Part shown: one piece after another, positions 26,773-35,655 of the stretch
Layout of the letters: every line of letters begins with the position of its first letter
Numbering within the stretch: the first letter of the stretch is position 1
From: Candidatus Omnitrophota bacterium
GTDB taxonomy: Bacteria > Omnitrophota > Gorgyraeia > Gygaellales > UBA12090
Direction: 5' to 3'
Assembly: GCA_030674475.1 (NCBI GenBank)
Contig: JAUSCZ010000037.1
Coordinates: 1 to 60,805 of the forward strand
DNA length: 60,805 bases
The notes under the pieces: generated by a model
Databases searched by the model: none
Seen by the model: only the letters and a program-made list of their open reading frames with translations
What the model was told of the DNA's origin: nothing
Translations under genes and position numbers: made by a program

Positions 26773-26816
26773 GCGGCATAAATGCCTCTAATTGGTGGCA
26801 TAAATGCCACCGCTAC
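26773..26816 (-). repeat. Tandem GTAG-type REPs (one partial, one with compensatory changes)
   Basis: GTAG-CG-GTGGCAT-TT-ATGCCAC at 26795-26816. Partial copy at 26773-26786. Confidence 0.75.
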
Positions 26817-26831
26817 AATAGTTTCATAGAG

Positions 26832-27788
26832 TTAAAGATTAGTTTTAATGTTTACGCCCGCGAACCTATCTAATCCTTGCTCGTCCTGGACCCAGCCGTT
26901 ATGTAGGCCATAAGAATGCATAATATCCATAGCTTCCTGATATTCGTCTAAGGTAAGCCGCCGGGTTAATTCCGGGTAATCCTTGGCCTTGTGGCAGGGA
27001 AAGTATTGGCTCATTAGGCTGATATAGGTATCTGGGCCTAATTCCCGGGCAATAAAGGCCATAATTTCACCGGTTCCGGAAAGCTTATTGGGCAGAACCA
27101 GATGTCGGATTATCAGGCCTTTTTCGATGATTTCATCGGGATTAAACTGGGCAACTCCGACCTGGCGCCGCATTTCCTTAAGCGCTTGCTGGTTTATTTC
27201 CCAATAATCTTTGGCCTGGGAGAGCTTAAGGGCGGTTTGGTTGTCGGCATAGCGGGCATCCGGCAGGTAGATGTCAAAAATGCCCTCTAAGAGCCTCAAG
27301 GTTTCTACTGAATCATAGCCGCTGGAGTTATACACTAGGGGTATTTTTAGGCCTTTTTCCACGGCTAAGACCAGGGCCTTTAATATCTGGGGGATGTTAT
27401 GGGTAGGAGTAACAAAGTTGATGTTATGGCAGCCTTCTTGCTGTAATTCCAGCATAAAGGAGGCAAGTTCCTCCTCCCCGGCCTCCCTGCCTTTATCTGA
27501 TTGGCTGAATTCATAATTCTGGCAGTAGACGCACCTTAGGTTACAGTTAGTAAAAAAAATGGTTCCGGAGCCTTTGGTTCCGGAGATGGCTGGTTCCTCG
27601 CCGTGGTGGGCAAAATAGCTGTAAACTTTCGCCTTTTTTCCGGTTTTGCAGAAGCCGAGCCGGTTATTTAAACGGTCTGCCTTACAAAGCCTGGGGCAGA
27701 TGTCGCAGGAGCCTAAACGGCTATAAAGGCTTTCGGCCTTTTTCCGCAGTGAACCTTCTTGATGGGCCTTTAGATAACTGGGGGGCAT
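26832..27788 (-). CDS. Radical SAM protein, PflX-like
   Basis: CDICPRLC, HHGEEPAISG..GSGTIFF, CNLRCVYCQN, RHLVLP. Confidence 0.9.
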   Translation of the reverse strand: MPPSYLKAHQEGSLRKKAESLYSRLGSCDICPRLCKADRLNNRLGFCKTGKKAKVYSYFAHHGEEPAISGTKGSGTIFFTNCNLRCVYCQNYEFSQSDKGREAGEEELASFMLELQQEGCHNINFVTPTHNIPQILKALVLAVEKGLKIPLVYNSSGYDSVETLRLLEGIFDIYLPDARYADNQTALKLSQAKDYWEINQQALKEMRRQVGVAQFNPDEIIEKGLIIRHLVLPNKLSGTGEIMAFIARELGPDTYISLMSQYFPCHKAKDYPELTRRLTLDEYQEAMDIMHSYGLHNGWVQDEQGLDRFAGVNIKTNL

Positions 27789-28308
27789 CTTTTATTTGTT
27801 TTTGGTATATCGCGCGGATGGAATTAAAAATTTCCAGATATTCCCGGCTTTGATAATCCGGGTAGGTCCAGGGCCAGGGATTAAAGGTTTTCTGTTTATA
27901 AAATAGGGTTACCTCAGCAAATATACCTTTACCCAGATACACGCGGTGGCATTGGTCTTTGGTGGTGGCTAATATTAGTTTCCCGCCAGAGAGAAATCCG
28001 GGGTCAATATTTATCCGGCGTTTTCCTTTCACCGAAAGCCTTTCTTCCAGTTTATTGGTGTGTAATTTTATTTCGGCTAATTCGTCCTCTTGTCTCAATT
28101 GGTCAAAACTGATAAACGCGCGTTTTAGCGGCGCGCCTAATTCCGGAAAATAGTAATCGGTATAATTAAAATCTAGTTCAGGGCCTTGAAAATCTATTTT
28201 CCCGAAGCGTTTTTTAAATATAGAAACGGCCTTATCTTTTATTAAGATATCGCGGTAGATTAATCCGATAATCAGCTTTGAGGGGCGAAGCGCGCTAATT
28301 TGCCCCAA
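27721..28308 (-). CDS. DUF4416-family protein
   Basis: F.YTDYY..E.G..LKR, KLHTN.LE, RRINIDPG.L, HRVYL..GIFAEVTL, PWTYPDY. Confidence 0.85.
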   Translation of the reverse strand: MGQISALRPSKLIIGLIYRDILIKDKAVSIFKKRFGKIDFQGPELDFNYTDYYFPELGAPLKRAFISFDQLRQEDELAEIKLHTNKLEERLSVKGKRRINIDPGFLSGGKLILATTKDQCHRVYLGKGIFAEVTLFYKQKTFNPWPWTYPDYQSREYLEIFNSIRAIYQKQIKDAPQLSKGPSRRFTAEKGRKPL

Positions 28309-28747
28309 GGGAATAGCGCCGGATTCCTCCGGAGTTATGGATAGGATTTGGTTGGAGGTGGGTTTCGATGTAGCGGTTTATATTTTCCGCGTCAGCCTCA
28401 GGCACATCGCTAAAGAGTATGGCTATATTAAATTTATCCCCCGCGGAGTTTTTCTCTGTTCTTACCACTACTCCTTTACAGGTTACTTTTTTGGTTACCG
28501 CGGTATTGTTTTTAAGTTTCAGGGGAAGGATTAGGACCATGCTTACCTTAGTCATTGGTTCTAGGTATTTATCTATCTGGCAGTAGACGCCGGATGAGCT
28601 TATATTCAGCGTTTCAGTGGCTAAATCAAATGAATTAATTTTAAGCTTGAGGGGAAGTTTTTTGAAGATTCGGGGATGTCTTCGTCTCTCAGAGCCATCC
28701 GCCGGGTTATTATTGGGGAGCATCTTTTGACGGTTTGGATTTATCAA
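28295..28747 (-). CDS. PilZ domain protein
   Basis: ERRRHPR and NISSSG motifs. Confidence 0.85.
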   Translation of the reverse strand: MINPNRQKMLPNNNPADGSERRRHPRIFKKLPLKLKINSFDLATETLNISSSGVYCQIDKYLEPMTKVSMVLILPLKLKNNTAVTKKVTCKGVVVRTEKNSAGDKFNIAILFSDVPEADAENINRYIETHLQPNPIHNSGGIRRYSLGAN

Positions 28748-28990
28748 GATAGGTTTTGTGGCATTTTTTGGCGCAAAAATATTTTCCTTCGCGGTAGTAA
28801 CGTCTTATTTTTTTTATTGGCTTATTACATCCTCCGCAATTTCCAAACTTTTCCTTTTTATCTTTTTTTTCTTCAGCCATTTAACTATTATTCCTTTCTG
28901 TGCTTACGAACAAAAATACATTATTTCATGAAGTTTTTATAGTCGGGGTAAACAAAAAGATGGGTTTTAAAACTAAGATTTGGCGAAACA

Positions 28991-29344
28991 CTAATTGCGT
29001 GTTGCGATATACTCGGATATACTGCGCTTAATATCCGGGCTGACATCTTTGAATTCCAACCCCGTTTGGTAGTAATTTGAATAGGCAACCCGTTGAGACC
29101 ACTTGATTTCTCCGTTGAGCTCTATGAGTTTACGGGGGGAGAGATTTACCTGCACGGCAATCTTAGACAGGCGGGGAATAAATCCGTCTGAGAGCATCCT
29201 TATTCCGCCCTCAGATATATCCTGGGTTAAGACATTGGAGTATTTTTTTTCCGCCCTTAGCTCGCAGTGCGCGGTCAATTTTGCCTTTAACCGCTGGGCC
29301 CTTCTTCTATCGTCGTAAGGCGCCGCGCTATAATACATAGCCAC
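28991..29344 (-). CDS. PilZ domain protein
   Basis: DRRRAQR and DISEGG motifs. Confidence 0.87.
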   Translation of the reverse strand: MAMYYSAAPYDDRRRAQRLKAKLTAHCELRAEKKYSNVLTQDISEGGIRMLSDGFIPRLSKIAVQVNLSPRKLIELNGEIKWSQRVAYSNYYQTGLEFKDVSPDIKRSISEYIATRN

Positions 29345-29545
29345 ATTCTCCTCTTTTTACCGGATTTCCGCTTTCAGATCCCGCTAAAATCTATCCTTTA
29401 TCAAACACGATAAGGGATTTTAAGGAGCCGTGGCTATACATCCTTAGGGATTAGGTTTTTTCCCGCTTTGATTATAATTCTACATAAAAAGGATAACATA
29501 TTTCTTGTCTCTTGTCAAATTCTTTTTTCCTGTTATAATAAAAAT

Positions 29546-30409
29546 ATGTATTTGGAATATTTTGGATTATCCGAGAAGCCTTTTAACGTAACCTGCGACC
29601 CTTCCTTTTTCTTCTTCAGCCGCAGGCATAAAGAGGCTATTGCCTGTATGTCCTATGGGATACAGGAGCGTAAAGGCATAATCATGGTTACCGGCGAAAT
29701 AGGCATCGGTAAGACCACGATGTGCCGCAGTCTGCTTAGCCAGCTGGATAAATCCGTCAAGACGGCCCTGGTGCTTAATCCCTATTTTTCCGAGGTTCAA
29801 CTGCTTGAATTTATAGTTCAGGATTTCGGAATCAAGGTCCACAAGAGGTCGCGCTTGAGCTTTGTGAATGAGTTAAACAAATTCTTGCTTGAGGAGTCCG
29901 CCTTAGGCAATAACGCGGTAATTATCATTGATGAAGCCCAGAACTTAAGCTGTAGGCAATTGGAACAGGTCCGGCTTTTGTCAAATCTGGAGACGGATAA
30001 AGAAAAGCTTCTGCAGATTATATTGGTGGGCCAGCCGGAATTAAGAGATAAACTTAACCTTTTCCAACTGCGTCAGTTAAAACAAAGAGTTATGGTGGAT
30101 TATCATATCGAGCCGTTGGATGAGTTTGAGCTGGGAGATTATATCAACCATCGCCTGGGCATAGCCTGCGGAAATAATCCTAAGACAATCGGGTTTACTG
30201 ATGAAGCGGTTAAGGAAATATGTCAATTCTCCCAGCGGGTTCCCCGTTTAATTAATTTGATTTGCGACCGGGCGTTACTTTTAGGATTCATCAAAGAGAA
30301 AAACATTATCGGTGAAGATATTATCCGGGAGTGTATTAAGGACATACGGTTTGATGGTTCGACTGCGCTCACCACAGGTGGTTCGGCTGTGCTCGCTAAT
30401 CAAAGATGA
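29546..30409 (+). CDS. ExeA/GspA-family AAA ATPase
   Basis: MYLEYFGL.EKPF, GEIGIGKTT, IIDEAQNL, ILVGQPEL, PRLINLICDRALL. Confidence 0.9.
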   Translation: MYLEYFGLSEKPFNVTCDPSFFFFSRRHKEAIACMSYGIQERKGIIMVTGEIGIGKTTMCRSLLSQLDKSVKTALVLNPYFSEVQLLEFIVQDFGIKVHKRSRLSFVNELNKFLLEESALGNNAVIIIDEAQNLSCRQLEQVRLLSNLETDKEKLLQIILVGQPELRDKLNLFQLRQLKQRVMVDYHIEPLDEFELGDYINHRLGIACGNNPKTIGFTDEAVKEICQFSQRVPRLINLICDRALLLGFIKEKNIIGEDIIRECIKDIRFDGSTALTTGGSAVLANQR

Positions 30410-30984
30410 GTATTATCTACGAAGCCTTAAAAAAGACCCAAAATAGCTCTAAAAGTATGCCGCCTGCCGGCATTATCCCCAACATTATACAAAAACAAGG
30501 CCTCAAGAAAACCGTAAAATTTCCTTACGTGCCGGCTTTGGGCATTGTTATCGGCCTGGGCCTTGTTTTCTTTATTTCAGTAAGCTCGCGCTTGGGAAAA
30601 TCTCAAAAAATAAGCGAGTCTCCTATTGTCCGCCAGCCCGAAAGTAAGGAACCTATCAGCCTGGCGCTTTCTTTTACTGATAAGCCCGAAAATAGCCTAT
30701 CCCAGAGTGGTCTTTCTCCGCTTCAATCAGAGAAAGATCAAATCCCCTCTCCTCCTGCTTTTTTTTCTCAGGATGTTCCCGGAGAAGAGAAAAAACCCCA
30801 AAGGCGTCAGCCGGATTTCGTGGTAAACGGCATAGTAATCTCCCCGGAGGGAAATATCGCTTTAATCAATGATCAGATAATCAGGGCCGGTGATACTATT
30901 GAGGGGGCTAAGGTGGAGAGGATTGAGGATAGCTCTGTGGTGTTGTCGGACGGGGACAGGGAAATAATCCTAAAATCTAAATAG
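30406..30984 (+). CDS. GspB/ExeB-like membrane protein
   Basis: MSIIYEALKK start, one TM helix, C-terminal VNGIV...ALINDQI...GD.IEGAKV..I. Confidence 0.75.
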   Translation: MSIIYEALKKTQNSSKSMPPAGIIPNIIQKQGLKKTVKFPYVPALGIVIGLGLVFFISVSSRLGKSQKISESPIVRQPESKEPISLALSFTDKPENSLSQSGLSPLQSEKDQIPSPPAFFSQDVPGEEKKPQRRQPDFVVNGIVISPEGNIALINDQIIRAGDTIEGAKVERIEDSSVVLSDGDREIILKSK

Positions 30985-30994
30985 TCTCTAAAGA

Positions 30995-31071
30995 ATAGTG
31001 TATAGTTGATGGTGTATAGTTTATAGCTGTTATTGTAAAGCCATAAACTATATGCTATCAATCATAAACTA
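30995..31071. repeat. Inverted heptamer array between convergent genes
   Basis: ATAGTGT/ATAGTTT units versus ATAAACT units forming a long hairpin. Confidence 0.6.
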
Positions 31072-31080
31072 AGTACTTTT

Positions 31081-34000
31081 TTATTTCAAGGAAAGGTCTA
31101 AAACCTCCCGTTCCTCTGCCGGAAGCTCCGCCGGCGCGGCGGCTTGCTCTGGTCTTTTATTATTAACATTATCCGCTAATTTTACCGAAACAATCTTCGA
31201 TATTCCCGCCTTTTCCATTGTAATTCCATACATAATATTGGCATTGGCAATAGTCTTTTTATTGTGAGTAATCACGATAAATTGCGATTGAGCGGTAAAT
31301 TCCACCAAGGTCCGGGCAAAGCGGTCCACATTCGCCTCATCCAGGGCCGCGTCTATTTCGTCCAAGACACAAAACGGCGATGGCTTTACCTTGAAAATAG
31401 CGAATAAAAGGGCTATTGCCGACATTGATTTCTCTCCGCCTGAAAGAAGCAGGACGTTCTGGAGTTTCTTTCCCGGCGGGCGGCAGACAATCTCTATCCC
31501 GCTTTCCAGGATGTCCTGTTCATCCAGCAGGAACAATTGGGCGTCTCCTCCCCCAAAGAGCAGGCGGAAATACTTCTTGAATTCCACGGCCAGCTTTTCA
31601 AAAGTTTCCATAAACATCTTTTTGGTGACGCGGTTGATTTTGAGTATGGCCTCATGCAGGGACTCTTTGGCTTTAATCAGGTCCGCCTGCTGATTGCTTA
31701 GAAAATCGAATCTCTGTTTTAATTCTTCAAATTCTTCAATTGCTACCAGGTTTACCTGGCCGTAGGAATTTATCTTCTGTTTGAGCAGTTCTATTTCCGG
31801 GGATAACTCTTCGCGATTTGTTTCTGGATGGTAATAGTTTTTAAGTTCGTCAGGATTGATTTTATAGACCTGGGATATCCTTTCGAAAAGAGAATTCCTT
31901 AGAAAAGTAAGTTCCTGAGAACGCATCTGTAATTGATGGATTTCGGCTTTGAGGGCATCCAGGTTTTCCTTATTGTTTCTAATGTCTGTTTCAAGTGATT
32001 TGAGCCGGCGTTTTTCTTCCTCAAGCCCGGAGGCGCTTGACTTAATTTCATTCTCTAAGACGGCTTGCTGTTTCTTGTCCGCCTCAATATTCAGGGTTAA
32101 ATCCGCGCTGGTTTCCTCCAGCTCCTTGAGGCGCGCGCTTACGCTTGATTCCTGGCTGAGGATGTCTTCGTAAGAAGATCGGTCTTTCTGATATTCTTCT
32201 TCAAATATCCTGCAGGTTTCATCGGCCTTTAAAACTTTTTCCTCACCGGCCTGGATTTCCGCTTTTAGTTTAGCGGAGGAAACCGCTATCTCTTCTCTTT
32301 GGATATTCTTAGCCGCGGCTTCCTCTTGTCCCTGATCTATTATTTTCTGGTTATTTTCGGATTCTTCCTGTATCTTGCGTAAGTTTTCTTTTAGGTTTTT
32401 TTCCTTAAAGCTTAATTTATCTAATTCCTGCCCGGATTCATTTAATTCAATAGAGATCAGCTCAGCTTCTTCCTTGAGTTTAAGAAAGTGTCTCTGGATA
32501 TTTTCGGCATAGTTTTTGCGGTTATTATGTTCTATCTCATTTCCCCTTAAGTCTTTTTCCAGGGAGGATGTCCTCACCGCGAGCTCATCTATGCTTTTAT
32601 TCTTTTGTCCGAGGTTATTATTGGTTTCGGCTATTTGAATTTTAAACTTTTCTAATTTTTCTTCAAGTAGCCTGGGGTCTAAGGAAATGGGCTTAGCCGT
32701 TCCCCGGGCTTTAAATTTAGCCGAAGCCATAGCCGCGAGATCACCTTCCGCGGCGGCTTCTATCGCGTTTATTTTAATGATGATGCCGCCAATATTTTCC
32801 GAAGCGAAAGAATCAAGCAGGACCGTGGCATTGGCGGATTCGGAGATGTTTTCGTATTTAAGTTTTAAGGTTTCCAAAAATTCTTTTTGTGACTCCAGGG
32901 TAAGTTTGTCTATTTCCAGGCTTTGCAGTGATGAAATCAGCTCATCCTTGTCGCGCAGGTTATTTTCATATATGGTTTTTAAGCTTTCAAGCTCCTCTCT
33001 GCTGAGGTTGAATTTCCTGAAGGCTTCATCCTGGGCGGATGAGGCCGTCTTTAAGTCGTTATCCACTCCGGAGAGCTCTTCTTTCGTCTTAAGCCTTTCG
33101 ATGTCCAGCCTTTTTTTGCGGGCGGAGGTGGCTTGAAGCTCACTTACAAAATCGCTCAGCTGATTGTGTGAAGCCGCTTCTTCAGCGGCAAATTCCAGGA
33201 TGCGGTTTTTGGCCTTATGGATATTTTCCTGGAGCGAATCTATGGCGCGGGTAATTTCCGTTAGTTCGTTGTCAAGTGTAAGCCCAAGCGTTTTTTTCTC
33301 ATTCAGCTCCTTGGTTATAGCATTTAAGCCGGACTTGAGATTATTTATTCTTTCCTGGTCTTTTGAGGCTTTAACCGACAGCTCTTCTTTTTGACGCTCG
33401 AGTCCCTGGAGCCGGGAATTGAGTTCCTGGGCGCGCTCGCGGTTAAAATCTAATTGCTGGTTATCGCGGGTAATGTTGTTTTCTAAATTATTCAACCCGG
33501 TTCGCGCCTTATCTAAGATTTCTTCTTTCCGGTTCAATTCGTCTTGTCTTTGGGTGAATTCGCTATTTTGTTCTCCGCTGAGCCGGGCGTGTTCTGCTTC
33601 GCGGGCAATGAGTTCATGTAGAGACGCGTTTAGCCCATCCAGTTCTTTCTCGTGCCCGGCAGACTCAAAGCTGGATACTTTACACTCAAGCTCTTTTAAT
33701 TTTTCAAATATTTCTTTATAGCGTTTGGCTTTAGCCGCCTGGCGCTCTAAGGAATTTATCTGGCGCCTGACTTCGGCGATAATGTCGGTCAGGCGCAAAA
33801 GATTCGCTTCGGTGTCTTCGAGTTTGCGCAGGGTTTCTTTTTTCTGGGATTTATAGCGGCTGATTCCTGAAGCCTCGTCAAAGACCATGCGCCGTTCTTC
33901 GGGCCGGGAGCTGAGAATGAGGTCAATTTTACCTTGTTCAATCAGGGAGTAGCTTTCCGCGCCAATTCCGGTGCCCATGAATGTTTCCAGGATATCTTTA

Positions 34001-34362
34001 AGGCGCACCTGGGTTTTGTTGAGAAGGTATTCGCTTTCACCGGAGCGGTAAAGCCTGCGGGTAACGGTTACCTCATCAAATTCAACCGGAAGGGCCCGGG
34101 TTTCGTTGGAAAAAGTCAAAGATACCTCGGCATAGCCCAAGGCGGGGATGGTCTCCGTGCCGTTAAATATCACGTCCTCCATTTTTGAGCCGCGCATGGA
34201 TTTAACCGACTGTTCCCCCAGGACCCAGCGGATGGAGTCGAAAATGTTTGATTTGCCGCAGCCGTTAGGCCCGACAACCGCGGTTATCCCAGGCTCAAAA
34301 TAAAGCGCGGTCTTCTCGGCGAAAGATTTAAATCCCAAGAGCTCCAATTTCTTAAAATACAT
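31081..34362 (-). CDS. smc: Chromosome segregation protein SMC with atypical short hinge
   Basis: GFKSFA, GPNGCGKSN, LIEQG, LSGGEK, FCVLDEIDAALD, FIVITH. Long coiled coils. Confidence 0.93.
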   Translation of the reverse strand: MYFKKLELLGFKSFAEKTALYFEPGITAVVGPNGCGKSNIFDSIRWVLGEQSVKSMRGSKMEDVIFNGTETIPALGYAEVSLTFSNETRALPVEFDEVTVTRRLYRSGESEYLLNKTQVRLKDILETFMGTGIGAESYSLIEQGKIDLILSSRPEERRMVFDEASGISRYKSQKKETLRKLEDTEANLLRLTDIIAEVRRQINSLERQAAKAKRYKEIFEKLKELECKVSSFESAGHEKELDGLNASLHELIAREAEHARLSGEQNSEFTQRQDELNRKEEILDKARTGLNNLENNITRDNQQLDFNRERAQELNSRLQGLERQKEELSVKASKDQERINNLKSGLNAITKELNEKKTLGLTLDNELTEITRAIDSLQENIHKAKNRILEFAAEEAASHNQLSDFVSELQATSARKKRLDIERLKTKEELSGVDNDLKTASSAQDEAFRKFNLSREELESLKTIYENNLRDKDELISSLQSLEIDKLTLESQKEFLETLKLKYENISESANATVLLDSFASENIGGIIIKINAIEAAAEGDLAAMASAKFKARGTAKPISLDPRLLEEKLEKFKIQIAETNNNLGQKNKSIDELAVRTSSLEKDLRGNEIEHNNRKNYAENIQRHFLKLKEEAELISIELNESGQELDKLSFKEKNLKENLRKIQEESENNQKIIDQGQEEAAAKNIQREEIAVSSAKLKAEIQAGEEKVLKADETCRIFEEEYQKDRSSYEDILSQESSVSARLKELEETSADLTLNIEADKKQQAVLENEIKSSASGLEEEKRRLKSLETDIRNNKENLDALKAEIHQLQMRSQELTFLRNSLFERISQVYKINPDELKNYYHPETNREELSPEIELLKQKINSYGQVNLVAIEEFEELKQRFDFLSNQQADLIKAKESLHEAILKINRVTKKMFMETFEKLAVEFKKYFRLLFGGGDAQLFLLDEQDILESGIEIVCRPPGKKLQNVLLLSGGEKSMSAIALLFAIFKVKPSPFCVLDEIDAALDEANVDRFARTLVEFTAQSQFIVITHNKKTIANANIMYGITMEKAGISKIVSVKLADNVNNKRPEQAAAPAELPAEEREVLDLSLK

Positions 34363-34535
34363 TCGCTTCCTCCATAGTGCGCTGTGACATTAATTCTTAA
34401 TATGACAGCGCACAGAGCAATTGAGCAATAGACAATAGAACAATAGACAAACAAAAGCTCAATTGCGGTCTAATGTTCAACTGCTCTATTGTTCAAAACG
34501 ATAGTTTTGCCACGAAAAACTAATTTAACAATGTA

Positions 34536-34721
34536 TTATCCGTCTATTTTAAACCACTTATCTATTTTATCCCGGCTGAAACGCCATTGTCCGATTACTT
34601 TGGAAGCGGGAACTTTTTTAAGTTTCAGCCATTCATAAATTGTGCGCTTTTTTACCTTCAAAAATCCCGCTAATTCATCAATCGTCATCAAATTTTCGGA
34701 GACCATAGTCAGAATATACAA
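34536..34721 (-). CDS. Excisionase-like HTH protein
   Basis: LMTIDELAGFLKVKKRTIYEW....VPASKV.GQWRF...IDKW. Confidence 0.85.
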   Translation of the reverse strand: MYILTMVSENLMTIDELAGFLKVKKRTIYEWLKLKKVPASKVIGQWRFSRDKIDKWFKIDG

Positions 34722-34770
34722 TCTTTTAGAAAATATGTCAAGTCAAATAGTGACATCCTTTCACATCCTT

Positions 34771-35655
34771 TTACATATATTCGCGTTCGATATAATCTTT
34801 AACTGCCGTCTGCCATTTTCTGGGTAGTTTTCCGGTTAATCTTAGGTATTTAGTAGTATCCAGAGCTGAAAAGACCGGCCTCCTGGCCTTGAAATTGATT
34901 TGACCCATTTTTATCGGCTCTAATTTTATCCGGGTTATCTTCGCGGATTTTAATATTACCTGGGCATACTCATACCAGGAGCAGTATCCGGAATTAGATA
35001 TATGGTAGGTTCCGTAAACTTTATCCTGACCAGCGGAGCCGTCAATTAAATTAATTATTTCAGCTATTGCCCGGGCTAAATCCAGGGCATAGGTGGGAGA
35101 GGAATATTTATCGGAGGCAATTCTTAAAACCTTTTCTTTTCGGGATCGTTTAATGATGTTGCTGATGAAATTATCTTTTCCTTTTCCGAAAAGCCAGGAA
35201 GTCCGGATGATAATGTGTTTCTTAACCGTTTTCCGGAGCAGCCTTTCTCCTTCCAACTTAGTTTCTCCGTATATATTGACCGGAGAGGCATAGTCATTTT
35301 CTTGGTAGGGTTTGTTTTTCCTTCCGCTGAAGACATAATCCGTGCTAATCTGAATTACTATCGCGTTATGTTTTCCGGCGGCTTTGGCGATATTATAAGG
35401 CCCCTTAGCGTTTACCGCGCGGGCTTTTTCAGGATTCTCCTGGCAGGCGTCAACATTAGTCATAGCCGCGGCATTAAGCGCCAGCCAGGGCCGGTAACGG
35501 TTAAATATCTCCGCCACCCGCTTAGAATCGGTAATATCGCACTCAATATGCCCCAGGGCGATGACTTTGTATTCCCGGCTTAATCTTTCGGCTAAGGCCG
35601 CACCCAGCATTCCCCTGGCGCCCAAGAGCAGGATTATTTTTTTAGCTTTTTCCAC
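34771..35655 (-). CDS. rfbD: dTDP-4-dehydrorhamnose reductase
   Basis: GARGMLG, AAAMTNVD, ISTDYVF, YGETKLEGE, RTSWLFG. Confidence 0.95.
   Translation of the reverse strand: MEKAKKIILLLGARGMLGAALAERLSREYKVIALGHIECDITDSKRVAEIFNRYRPWLALNAAAMTNVDACQENPEKARAVNAKGPYNIAKAAGKHNAIVIQISTDYVFSGRKNKPYQENDYASPVNIYGETKLEGERLLRKTVKKHIIIRTSWLFGKGKDNFISNIIKRSRKEKVLRIASDKYSSPTYALDLARAIAEIINLIDGSAGQDKVYGTYHISNSGYCSWYEYAQVILKSAKITRIKLEPIKMGQINFKARRPVFSALDTTKYLRLTGKLPRKWQTAVKDYIEREYM

Noticed and set aside
18962-26831. CRISPR array associated with the cas3 remnant
   Set aside because: No regularly spaced 28-37 nt direct repeats with unique spacers were seen. The repeats are kilobases apart.
34536-34721. Excisionase-like HTH as evidence of a prophage
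   Set aside because: It is embedded between rfbD and smc with no integrase or phage genes. Such stand-alone HTH genes are common.
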